Positions 52,512 through 61,589 of a DNA stretch of 64,000 nt are shown here, one piece after another. Both the position numbers and the translations under genes were made by a program. The notes under the pieces were generated by a model. It was not told the DNA's origin and did no database searches. It saw only the letters and a list, made by a program, of their open reading frames with translations. Position 1 is the first letter of the stretch; each line of letters opens with the position of its first letter. The DNA lies in IMG/VR virus record IMGVR_UViG_3300015607_004160. One strand, 5' to 3'. This DNA is from a virus. Taxonomy: Duplodnaviria > Caudoviricetes.

Positions 52512-53381
52512 ATGAATAAAATTGAACTGTTTGGTAGAGAAATACCACTAAGAACTCATTACTGTCATATATTCGGTAAGGAAAATAGGGAAGTCGATGA
52601 ACCTTATGTTAACCTATATGTTAGATCAAAGTTCTGTAATGCAAAATGCCAGTTTTGTACATTCGCAGAAAATGCATCTAACTATAACGAACAAAAATTC
52701 ATTGACACGTTAAAAGAAATTACTTCAAAAGTTAAGATTAAAAAAATTGCATTTACTGGTGGTGAGCCTACACTTTATTGGGACAAGTTTAAAAGCGCAG
52801 TAACTATAGCAAAAGAAATGGTTCCTGATGCAGGCCTCTCAATGAATACTGATGGATTTAGACTACATCAATTAATGGAGGATCCAATTTCGAAATGGTT
52901 TTCAAATATACATATTAGTCGCCATCATTTTGATGATGATTTAAATAATGAAATTTTTGGAACAAAAACTCCATCAATGGACGATTTGAAATGGGCACAG
53001 TCGATGACCGATGACAAATATCAGATACAACTAAGTTGTAACCTAATCAAGGGTTATATTGATGAAAAAGAAAAAATGTATCAATATTTAGAATGGGTTA
53101 ATTCATTAGAAATAAATAATGTTGGGTTTGTTTCTTTGATGCCTGTCAATAAATACAGTCGTGATAATTATATTGGGTATAATATGCACAATCTAATAAA
53201 TGAACGATTTAATGTAACTAAAGAATGGTCTTATAAAGAATCTTGTGAGTGTACTAATTATATTTATATACCAGAAAATCTAAGAGAAACTATTCGAGTT
53301 TATCATAAAAATACATATCGTCCATTTGATGTCAATGAAACAATTATATTTTTTGGAAAGAGCATTACTCTAATGGGATAA
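52512..53381 (+). CDS. Radical SAM protein
   Basis: CNAKCQFC (CxxxCxxC), TGGEP, NTDG. Confidence 0.88.
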   Translation: MNKIELFGREIPLRTHYCHIFGKENREVDEPYVNLYVRSKFCNAKCQFCTFAENASNYNEQKFIDTLKEITSKVKIKKIAFTGGEPTLYWDKFKSAVTIAKEMVPDAGLSMNTDGFRLHQLMEDPISKWFSNIHISRHHFDDDLNNEIFGTKTPSMDDLKWAQSMTDDKYQIQLSCNLIKGYIDEKEKMYQYLEWVNSLEINNVGFVSLMPVNKYSRDNYIGYNMHNLINERFNVTKEWSYKESCECTNYIYIPENLRETIRVYHKNTYRPFDVNETIIFFGKSITLMG

Positions 53382-53737
53382 AATTAGTTGTTCAACCACA
53401 TTTTACTTCTAACGAATATGTTGAAGAAAATATTGGCCTTTTATTGAAGAAAATATCTAAACTATCAAGTCGTCATTTTCTAGTTCATAACCAAGTTGAT
53501 TTATACAGTAAAAAGTATAAAGACTCTGAAAATGAAGATATCTTTACACATCATATAAAATTTAGACTATCAGATTCAGAAGATATGAGTGCTGATATAC
53601 CACTAGATATCAGATCAGAAATTATAAATGATGTGAGAAATGAATTTTCAAAATCCTATCATATCGAAATTGATGACTTTCCAGACAGAGGATATATATT
53701 ATTTGACATTATGATATTTTTAGATCCCCGTGTTTAA
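53339..53737 (+). pseudogene. 5'-truncated hypothetical ORF
   Basis: Frame is open from 53339 with no ATG and overlaps the radical SAM end. Confidence 0.45.
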
Positions 53738-54987
53738 TACAAACTTCTAACTTCTTTAATAACATTGAAGTATCTTTCAGCACTTTTCTTCCATGTATTT
53801 TCTTCAATATAGTCATGTGCTTTATCTATGAACTGTTTTCTATAATCTTCGCTACTAAATAATTTATCGATCTCAGTTGCTAATTCTTTATAATCACCAA
53901 TTCTTATTGCATATCCTTCTATATCATCAAATAAATGTGATTTAGATGCAATGACAGGCATATTATATGACATTGCTATTTTAATTGCTCCTGATGATCC
54001 AAACACACTATTAGTAGGATCAGATACATATGGAAATATAACCATCTTAACTGTTTTTAAATAAATATCAAGCATCTCATCTTCTAAGAAACCTCTAATT
54101 AAAAGAACATTATCTTCTAATCCCTCCTTTTCAACCTTTTCGGATAATGTGTTATAGTAATATTCATGTATTCCCTTATTAGTATCACTTTCAGAACAAA
54201 CGTAAACATATAGAATATCTTTAAATTTTTCGTCAGTTTCTTTTAAGTATTTAATAGCATCTATTGCTATATCCACTCCTTTATACTTAAACCCAAATCC
54301 AAATCCAAAAATTAAATAAGGAGTTTGGAAGATGTTCCAAACTTCTTCATATTTTTTAACCTCAGGACATCCGTGTGGAATTACAAATACATTACCTTTA
54401 AATTTAAGCCTTTTTAATAATCCTTTAGCATTATCCGAATGCACGATGACATTATCCAATACAGATAGTGGAATTATTTTATCTAAATGATCATATACAC
54501 TATGTAACGCAACTATAACTGGAATATGTAATCTTTTTAATTCAGTAATAAAGGACATAAAAAATCCAGCCTTTGGAAATATTCCCCACTCATGCTGAAT
54601 TAATATAAAATTAGGATTGTATTCTTTAATCTCATTTAATAGTTTTTTAAGATGTTCTCCTCTTTTCCAGCAATAAACAATATTTTCTTTAGTATCTTCC
54701 TCTTGACCAAAAGGAAGTTCGGAGAATATTTTATACTCATCAACAAGTAATTTTAATTCATCAAATATAAATTTTGAATAGGTTGATATACCGCACTGTT
54801 GATTCCAATTACAAACATACCCTATTTTAATAGGGATGTCCTTGTCTTCTTTTTTAATAAACCTTTGATATAGGCTTATAGGATCATCTGTATTTGTAAC
54901 ATGGCCTTTTGAATCCACTAATTCAAAATCAGATGTTGAGATAACCTTAACTGACTTGTCCTTTCCATAAGAAATGTACTTTTTCAC
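53734..54987 (-). CDS. GT-B (GT4-like) glycosyltransferase
   Basis: CGISTYS, IQHEWGIF, IPHG, YKGVD, FPY..SSGA..PVIAS. Confidence 0.85.
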   Translation of the reverse strand: MKKYISYGKDKSVKVISTSDFELVDSKGHVTNTDDPISLYQRFIKKEDKDIPIKIGYVCNWNQQCGISTYSKFIFDELKLLVDEYKIFSELPFGQEEDTKENIVYCWKRGEHLKKLLNEIKEYNPNFILIQHEWGIFPKAGFFMSFITELKRLHIPVIVALHSVYDHLDKIIPLSVLDNVIVHSDNAKGLLKRLKFKGNVFVIPHGCPEVKKYEEVWNIFQTPYLIFGFGFGFKYKGVDIAIDAIKYLKETDEKFKDILYVYVCSESDTNKGIHEYYYNTLSEKVEKEGLEDNVLLIRGFLEDEMLDIYLKTVKMVIFPYVSDPTNSVFGSSGAIKIAMSYNMPVIASKSHLFDDIEGYAIRIGDYKELATEIDKLFSSEDYRKQFIDKAHDYIEENTWKKSAERYFNVIKEVRSLY

Positions 54988-55924
54988 GATATTCTTCTTT
55001 AATTTTTTCTCTATCTATATTCATCACTTCAGAGTTATTAATATGTTTATTCAACTCTGAAGCTGAAAAATTCCAATAATCTATATAACCTTTTCCTATT
55101 GTATCACAAAATCCGCTCATTTTATCATGAAAGCTGATTGTAACAGTTGGGATATTATTTCCTAATCCAAATATTAATCCATGAAACCTACTAGAAATAA
55201 TCATATCGCTTGCAGATATAATATCTATTGAATCACTAACTGATAAGCTATCGTATATTACACAATTTTTTTTATAAAATTTAGAATATGAGTTAACCAA
55301 TCCATTAGATATTCTATCATCCCAAGGCAATGACGTTGAAAATGGTAAAAATAAAAATGACGCAGATGTACTATCTATACATTCAACCGTATCGTTTATC
55401 ATTTTAAAAAACATTATTTTATCCTTAAAAGATGTATTAGAGTTCCCGACTAAATGTGAATTAACAACAATAGTATAAACTTTATTATATTTATCACATT
55501 TATTTTTTTCAAATAATTGTGATATTAATTTATTACCGTTTTCTTTATCTCCTCCTAGAATAATGGAAATATCTGGAATATATGTTACCTTATTATATCC
55601 AAATTTAACTAAATTATCATATGATGACATATCGCGTACATATATATGATCTAATATATGAATATCTGGGAATAGTGATAAGGAGGTTATGGTTACTGAT
55701 ATTGATATTTTAGGACAATTGAGTCTGGAAATATGCTTAAGGCTCTTTTCTCTTATAACATCACCACCTCCTATAATACATAGATCATACTTATTTACAT
55801 CCTCATCTAAAACCTTATCTGAAAATGTAAATTCATGTTCTGGCCATGTCTTCTTAAATGAAGATTTATAGCTTTCGTCCCCTAAGTTATCATGGTTGTA
55901 CCAACCATAAACGAAAATAATCAT
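54947..55924 (-). CDS. Polysaccharide pyruvyl transferase family protein
   Basis: GWYNHDNLGDE, IIGGG, VRD..S, PD, SRFHGLI. Confidence 0.85.
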   Translation of the reverse strand: MIIFVYGWYNHDNLGDESYKSSFKKTWPEHEFTFSDKVLDEDVNKYDLCIIGGGDVIREKSLKHISRLNCPKISISVTITSLSLFPDIHILDHIYVRDMSSYDNLVKFGYNKVTYIPDISIILGGDKENGNKLISQLFEKNKCDKYNKVYTIVVNSHLVGNSNTSFKDKIMFFKMINDTVECIDSTSASFLFLPFSTSLPWDDRISNGLVNSYSKFYKKNCVIYDSLSVSDSIDIISASDMIISSRFHGLIFGLGNNIPTVTISFHDKMSGFCDTIGKGYIDYWNFSASELNKHINNSEVMNIDREKIKEEYREKVHFLWKGQVS

Positions 55925-56205
55925 TTTATAAACCAATAGACTTTTCTACTATTTGACTCGATGTGAGCTAGTATAATGAACCCATGACGAACTTCTTTAT
56001 CTTTAACAGTAAACATGTCGTTATCTAAATAACTACAAGTCGGGTCTGAATCATCTACAATGTGTATCCACACTTTTTCGTGCGATTCGCATTTAGTTCT
56101 AACGAATACTTCATGGTCTCCTGTTGTGAATTCAATGATTCCCTTTTTTGTTATGAATTCTTCAAATAGTTTTTTCTGGATTTTTTTAAAAAAATTGTCT
56201 GACAT
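55921..56205 (-). CDS. Hypothetical protein
   Basis: Likely start MSDNFF; TAATATATA at 56358-56366. Confidence 0.6.
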   Translation of the reverse strand: MSDNFFKKIQKKLFEEFITKKGIIEFTTGDHEVFVRTKCESHEKVWIHIVDDSDPTCSYLDNDMFTVKDKEVRHGFIILAHIESNSRKVYWFIK

Positions 56206-56437
56206 TTTAATTATTTTTTTATTTATTTTATACATTAGGCCAAATAGCTTAAAAGTATAATAATAAAAAAGAATACGTAAGACGCTTTTCTTTTTTGTCT
56301 GGCGAGTATTATGCACCTCATATCTATTTTTTACTAACATATTAAATTACTTTTTCTTATATATTAATAAAATAATTAGAAATCACACGAATACCTTAAA
56401 AAACAATAAAATTTTTTGAATTAATATTAATTTAACA

Positions 56438-57103
56438 TTACTTTCTTTTAGAAATAATTTCATCAATCATACCATATCTTTTTGCTTCAGTAGCATTCAT
56501 CCAATAATCTCTGTCTCCATCTTGAGAAACCTTATCATATGCTTGACCTGTCATTTCAGAAATGATTTCATATAAGTCTTTTTTAAGATTGTTTATTTGT
56601 CTAGCATCAATCTCGATATCAGATGCTTGTGCAAATCCAGTGTAACCTAATGGCTGATGTATCATTGTTCTTGATCTTTTTAAAGCCTTTCTTTTGCCTT
56701 TTGTTCCACTACATAATATAAGTGCTGCCATAGAAGCCGCTAATCCTGTGTTAATTGTAATTATATCCGGCTTAACAAACTCAATTGTATCTAATAATCC
56801 TAGTCCCGAATAAACAGATCCTCCGGGTGAATCAATGTATATTTTAATATCATCATCTCCTATCTGTTCTAAATAGAGTAGTTGTGCTTTTATTAAATTA
56901 CAAACGTCTGACTCCATTTCGGTAGATAAAAATATGATTCGACTTTCTACCAGTTTAGAATAAACATCTACTATAACTCCATTTATGTTATCATCTATTA
57001 TATGGTGAGTATTGTTTTGATAGTTATAATAGTCGTCTACTACAAGGCTATTTATTCTATGATGTTTGGTGAGGTAATTTCTAAAATCTTTTTGATTGTT
57101 CAT
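56438..57103 (-). CDS. clpP: ATP-dependent Clp protease proteolytic subunit
   Basis: YIDSPGGSV, GLAASMA (Ser), MIHQP (His), DRDYW (Asp). Confidence 0.95.
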   Translation of the reverse strand: MNNQKDFRNYLTKHHRINSLVVDDYYNYQNNTHHIIDDNINGVIVDVYSKLVESRIIFLSTEMESDVCNLIKAQLLYLEQIGDDDIKIYIDSPGGSVYSGLGLLDTIEFVKPDIITINTGLAASMAALILCSGTKGKRKALKRSRTMIHQPLGYTGFAQASDIEIDARQINNLKKDLYEIISEMTGQAYDKVSQDGDRDYWMNATEAKRYGMIDEIISKRK

Positions 57104-57149
57104 GTAGTATATATCTTTTTGAATTTTACAAAATACGAAAATAAAAGTT

Positions 57150-57158
57150 TAATATATA
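57150..57158 (+). promoter_or_regulatory. Putative late promoter TAATATATA
   Basis: Upstream of the 57179-58892 operon. Confidence 0.55.
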
Positions 57159-57178
57159 AAAGAAAATAATAAAAAAGT

Positions 57179-57523
57179 ATGAAAACAACAATTGAAATTC
57201 ATGGTTACCAAATAGTAATTGAAGAATCTGAAGGTAATATATCAGTTAGTGCGTTGAAAGATGACGAAACTGTTGAGGAATTTACTTTAGAAGGTGAAGA
57301 AGGTGAAGGAGTAGAAGGTGAGGAAGGATTACACGCTTTTGGTGATGAAGAAGCTCAAGAGGGTGACTTCGATGATGCAGAAGATTTTGAAGGTGAAGAG
57401 GGAGAAGTAGGAGAGATGGAAGAACCTTCAGAAGGGGACGAAGATTATGAAGAAGACCTTGAAGATGTTGAAGAAGAAGGTAAATTAGAATCCTTTAATT
57501 CATTCATCCAAAAAAGAAAATAA
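57179..57523 (+). CDS. Highly acidic hypothetical protein
   Basis: Glu/Gly-rich; ends KLESFNSFIQKRK. Confidence 0.7.
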   Translation: MKTTIEIHGYQIVIEESEGNISVSALKDDETVEEFTLEGEEGEGVEGEEGLHAFGDEEAQEGDFDDAEDFEGEEGEVGEMEEPSEGDEDYEEDLEDVEEEGKLESFNSFIQKRK

Positions 57524-57530
57524 TTATTAA

Positions 57531-58607
57531 ATGATTAGAAGATATTACGAGTATCTTTTGGAAAGTTCACCTGGCATAGATCTAAAGTATTTAGCACTAG
57601 ATTGGGATGATAATATTCTACATATGCCAACCTTTATTCACTTAGACCATCTAGTAGATGGTGAATGGGTGCATGAGCCTGTTTCCACTGCGAAGTTTGC
57701 GACTGTTAGAAATGATAAAGTAAACTGGAGGTACAGAGATGATTCATTTTCCGAATTTAGAGATTTTGGGCCTAGAGGTGAAACAGCTTTCCTTGAAGAC
57801 ACCATTTCTGCTATAAATAATGGAGATTTTGGACCTAGTTGGGATGCATTTATTGAATATTTATCTCAAGGCACTATCTTTGCTATAATTACAGCAAGAG
57901 GGCATGAACCAAATGCAATTAAAATGGCAGTAGAATATATTATAGATAATATATTAACTGAAAATCAAAAACATAGTTTATATGCACATTGTTTAAAGTT
58001 TGCATATTTATTTGGAGCTGATTATGACTCATATGATAGAATACCAAGAGGACAGCTTAGTAAAACCAAACTAATTCAAGACTATTTAAATAGTTGTGAT
58101 TATTATGGAGTTTCCTCTAATTTCTGTATTAAGAAATTTGGATTAGGCGATGCTGGCAATCCAGAAAAAGGAAAAGAAATGGCAATTAAAGAATTTACTA
58201 AACAAGTAAATGAATTTGGTCAAAAAATTGGTGCTAAAAGTGTTTCCCTAGGATTCTCTGATGATGATGTTAAAAATGTTAAACACATTGAAAAACTATT
58301 TAGAGATGAATTATCATTAAAATATTTAATCAATTATAATATTTATGATACATCCAAAAGAGAAATAAAAGGTGGGGTTAGAACTAAAATAGATCCTCAA
58401 GTAGTAGAATCAACAACATCTTGGGGGAATGGTGCTGGAACTTGGGGAACAGATAGTAGTGTTATTCCATTCACAAAATGGAATAACATGACTCAAAATC
58501 TTTATCCAAATAGCAAAGATTTTTCAAATGATGATTATCATAATCAATTTAAAAATCAGATAGGTCAATTAAAAGATCTAACCGTTGTAGATAAAAAAAA
58601 AGTATAA
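57531..58607 (+). CDS. HAD-superfamily-like protein with N-terminal tag (MIRRYYEYLLES)
   Basis: LDWDDNI, IITARGH, K, GFSDDD..N. Confidence 0.7.
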   Translation: MIRRYYEYLLESSPGIDLKYLALDWDDNILHMPTFIHLDHLVDGEWVHEPVSTAKFATVRNDKVNWRYRDDSFSEFRDFGPRGETAFLEDTISAINNGDFGPSWDAFIEYLSQGTIFAIITARGHEPNAIKMAVEYIIDNILTENQKHSLYAHCLKFAYLFGADYDSYDRIPRGQLSKTKLIQDYLNSCDYYGVSSNFCIKKFGLGDAGNPEKGKEMAIKEFTKQVNEFGQKIGAKSVSLGFSDDDVKNVKHIEKLFRDELSLKYLINYNIYDTSKREIKGGVRTKIDPQVVESTTSWGNGAGTWGTDSSVIPFTKWNNMTQNLYPNSKDFSNDDYHNQFKNQIGQLKDLTVVDKKKV

Positions 58608-58610
58608 GAG

Positions 58611-58892
58611 ATGAGAAACATTCTAAAATTCGAAGGTTTCGTAAAAGAAAACTACGAAATAAAAGAGGAACTAAACGTGGATGAAACAAAAGTTTCACAT
58701 TCTTCTTTAGATGATTTAATTAAACAACTTTCTGAATTACAGAATGTTTATGATATAAATGATTTAAAATCAATGAATGATACACAATTAAAGAATTTAT
58801 ATAGTGAGGTTTTAAATGCTAAAGAAGAAGATTCTAAATCCGAAATTGAACCAACTTCTGAGTTAGAATATGAGTCTAAAAGTTGGAAATAA
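58611..58892 (+). CDS. Hypothetical protein with N-terminal tag (MRNILKFEGFVKEN)
   Basis: 93-aa ORF. Confidence 0.7.
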   Translation: MRNILKFEGFVKENYEIKEELNVDETKVSHSSLDDLIKQLSELQNVYDINDLKSMNDTQLKNLYSEVLNAKEEDSKSEIEPTSELEYESKSWK

Positions 58893-58903
58893 ATTTGATT
58901 AAA

Positions 58904-58937
58904 TAAAAACCCCTTCTGATTGGAAGGGGTTTTTTAT
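58904..58937. terminator. Bidirectional intrinsic terminator
   Basis: AAAAACCCCTTC-TGATTG-GAAGGGGTTTTT between convergent genes. Confidence 0.85.
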
Positions 58938-60887
58938 TTATAATATTCTATATTTGTTTGTCGCTAAATCTTTTTTAAGTTCATTAAGTAATCCTGCACA
59001 TTCAGGGCAAAGTTCTTTATCACTTCCTTTAGGTCTATCTCCGGTGCCATTACAAACATCACATTTAACTTGACCGCCTTTACAAGTTTTACATTTGCCA
59101 AGTTTTCCACTCCCTTTACAGTCTTTACACTCTCCCTTGCTTCCACTTCCATTACAATCTTTACACTCTATACTACCCCAATTACATTTTGTACATCTTT
59201 TAGTACCTTGTCCTTTACATGTCCTACATTCAATTTGACCGGGGTCGTCTTCATCTTTACAAGTTTTACAAACTATTACACCTTCACCATCACATTGTTT
59301 ACAGGGTACCTCAAGTCTATTACGCCACGTTTTATCCCAACCTACTACTGAACATGATTTACAACGACATCCTTCTCTCCCAATTTCACCACTTGATGCT
59401 TTTCCGGCACCGCCACAGTCTGGACATTTAACCCTTCTAGTCCCCTTACCCCATTTTCTAGTTATTTCACCTACACCTTTACATCCAGTACAAGTAATTG
59501 GCTCTCCTTTACAATCAGCACAAGTAACATATGATTGACCATCACACGCCTTACATTCACCCATATCACCTTCACCATGACAGGTATTACATTCTTTGTG
59601 TCCATTCCCATCACAATCAGCACAATTTATATCTCCCTCCCCGTTACAGTCTGTACAAGTAACATCTCCATCTCCATCACAAGTAATACATTTTATATCT
59701 CCGCCTCCATCACACTTTGTACATATTATATTACCACCACCTCGACATATTGTACAGATCACCTCACCATCTCCATCACATTTTTTACATTCCGTCCCAT
59801 CATCATCATCATATCCTGTTCCATCACAATTGCTACAAGATTCATGGTTACCTTCGGTGTCACACATAATAAATCCTTCATCAGCATCATCGTCATCATC
59901 ATCAATAGTAAACCCAACATTACTTATCATTGAATCACCATCTGAAAAAGATAGTGTATCTACAAATGGGTATTTACTAAAATGTAATCTATGAAGTTTA
60001 ACTATTAATTTACCAAAAATTATTTGATCTCCATATTTAAATATTAATCCTAATCTTTCATCTGAAGTCATTTTTTGTTTATAAATCCATCCTTTTTCTT
60101 TAGCATAATTTATAAATTTAATAACATCAGAATCATTAGCAGTGTATACTCTATCCATAAAATATTCTGATTCACACTCAAATTTAGTTTGATCAGGTGT
60201 TTTATATAATTCTTTTTTGAAAATTTTCCATACAAGAGCTCTTCCCAATACTTTACCTTGTTCATCAAGATAAACTAATAATTGGCAAGCTTCTGGATTC
60301 TTTGTGTAAATTTTAAAGTATCTCTGACAATCATTACCTCTCATACAAGATCCACCCAATGATCCAGTATTTTTCGAATAGTTGCTATATAAATAATATT
60401 TCTTAATTAGTGATCCACTAACTAATTCAAATTTTTTAGATGTGTCTACTTTTGATGATTTATAGATATTAACGAAGTTTTCAATATCCTTATCACTAAC
60501 TGTTTTACCTAACTCAGTTAGAATTGCTCTTGCAAATCTACCAACTTTAACTTCATTTCTACTTTTAGACGTAAATATTAACTCTGGATCACCGCCCGCA
60601 TGCATTATCTTATTAGCTCCCCTATCTGCCATAAAGCTAACGGTATCCTCTTTATCTGTTATATCAACCCAGTTTTGTGGTAGATCCTTATCAATAAATG
60701 TTTTATCGGAAAATGCTTTTAAAAGGTCAATAGCGATATGATTATTATTTATACCTGATAATCGGGTAAGAAACTTATCAGATGCCATTAAATTTCCTTC
60801 AAGTAATAATTTAGCAATTTTACTTTCTAATAAGAAATTGTCAAATTTTAATATACTCTCATGAGTATGATTAGTATTTTTACACAT
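58938..60887 (-). CDS. N-tagged protein: SCM/GRALxW/MDRVY domain + 22 CxxC (DnaJ-type CxxCxGxG) repeats
   Basis: ILKFDNFLLES; GSCMRG..GRALVW..FMDRVY..YPFVDT; repeats from CSNC to CPEC. Confidence 0.8.
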   Translation of the reverse strand: MCKNTNHTHESILKFDNFLLESKIAKLLLEGNLMASDKFLTRLSGINNNHIAIDLLKAFSDKTFIDKDLPQNWVDITDKEDTVSFMADRGANKIMHAGGDPELIFTSKSRNEVKVGRFARAILTELGKTVSDKDIENFVNIYKSSKVDTSKKFELVSGSLIKKYYLYSNYSKNTGSLGGSCMRGNDCQRYFKIYTKNPEACQLLVYLDEQGKVLGRALVWKIFKKELYKTPDQTKFECESEYFMDRVYTANDSDVIKFINYAKEKGWIYKQKMTSDERLGLIFKYGDQIIFGKLIVKLHRLHFSKYPFVDTLSFSDGDSMISNVGFTIDDDDDDADEGFIMCDTEGNHESCSNCDGTGYDDDDGTECKKCDGDGEVICTICRGGGNIICTKCDGGGDIKCITCDGDGDVTCTDCNGEGDINCADCDGNGHKECNTCHGEGDMGECKACDGQSYVTCADCKGEPITCTGCKGVGEITRKWGKGTRRVKCPDCGGAGKASSGEIGREGCRCKSCSVVGWDKTWRNRLEVPCKQCDGEGVIVCKTCKDEDDPGQIECRTCKGQGTKRCTKCNWGSIECKDCNGSGSKGECKDCKGSGKLGKCKTCKGGQVKCDVCNGTGDRPKGSDKELCPECAGLLNELKKDLATNKYRIL

Positions 60888-60894
60888 ATAATTA

Positions 60895-60903
60895 TATATA
60901 TTA
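60895..60903 (-). promoter_or_regulatory. Putative late promoter TAATATATA
   Basis: 7 nt upstream of ATG 60887. Confidence 0.6.
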
Positions 60904-60924
60904 AAAATACCATCGAAAAAAAAA

Positions 60925-61281
60925 TTATTTTAAAATTTCTTTTAACTTATTATCTCTATCTACATCAGTTGGTGGAGATAGCCAATAAATATTTTTATTT
61001 TCTGTCCATACTGGAAAATATTTACTTTCTAAAATTCGTCTTCTACTGTAATCTGACTTATTAAATGGTGTAGTTATAACTTTTATTTTTGATAATAACT
61101 TATCACAATAAACCTCCTTTACTTCAATAATTACATTATAGTTTCCATAATTTCCGTTATTTGGTGTTATTACGGTAATTGCTGGTTTTGTTGATGTATC
61201 ATAGCCTACTTTTAGAAAAAGAAGTCCAATTCTTTTATCTTTAATATTATCGACAAATCCACTTCGTCTAAATAAACTCAT
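60925..61281 (-). CDS. Hypothetical protein with C-terminal tag (RDNKLKEIL)
   Basis: 118-aa ORF. Confidence 0.7.
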   Translation of the reverse strand: MSLFRRSGFVDNIKDKRIGLLFLKVGYDTSTKPAITVITPNNGNYGNYNVIIEVKEVYCDKLLSKIKVITTPFNKSDYSRRRILESKYFPVWTENKNIYWLSPPTDVDRDNKLKEILK

Positions 61282-61589
61282 TTTAAAATAATTTTAATTT
61301 TTTCATCCCTTTCATCTTCTAATGTAACTATTTTATATATAGAGTTTCTTGTTTTAAATGTTCTATCATCAATTATTTCTTTAACCTCAGTAGTAAATAG
61401 AGGAAATACTGGAGCAGGTGAACTATTAATATCTTCTGGTGAACATGTATATATAACAAAACTTTTTCCTACAACAGGCCATTCAAAAAAATATCCATTA
61501 AGGATATCACCTTTTTTAACTTGTAGTACTTTACCTTCTTGAAATGATTCAATTTTAATAGCCTTGGCTATTACTCTTTGATCCGACAT
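61278..61589 (-). CDS. Hypothetical protein with C-terminal tag (RDEKIKIIL)
   Basis: 103-aa ORF; FTTEVKEI..FKTRNSIY. Confidence 0.7.
   Translation of the reverse strand: MSDQRVIAKAIKIESFQEGKVLQVKKGDILNGYFFEWPVVGKSFVIYTCSPEDINSSPAPVFPLFTTEVKEIIDDRTFKTRNSIYKIVTLEDERDEKIKIILK

Noticed and set aside
58938-60887. DnaJ chaperone call
   Set aside because: No J-domain or HPD motif; only the zinc repeats are shared.
968-61064. Short antisense or alternate-frame ORFs in the track (e.g. 17129..17635, 21409..21912, 59535..59994)
   Set aside because: They are shadows of longer coding genes with no motifs or promoters of their own.
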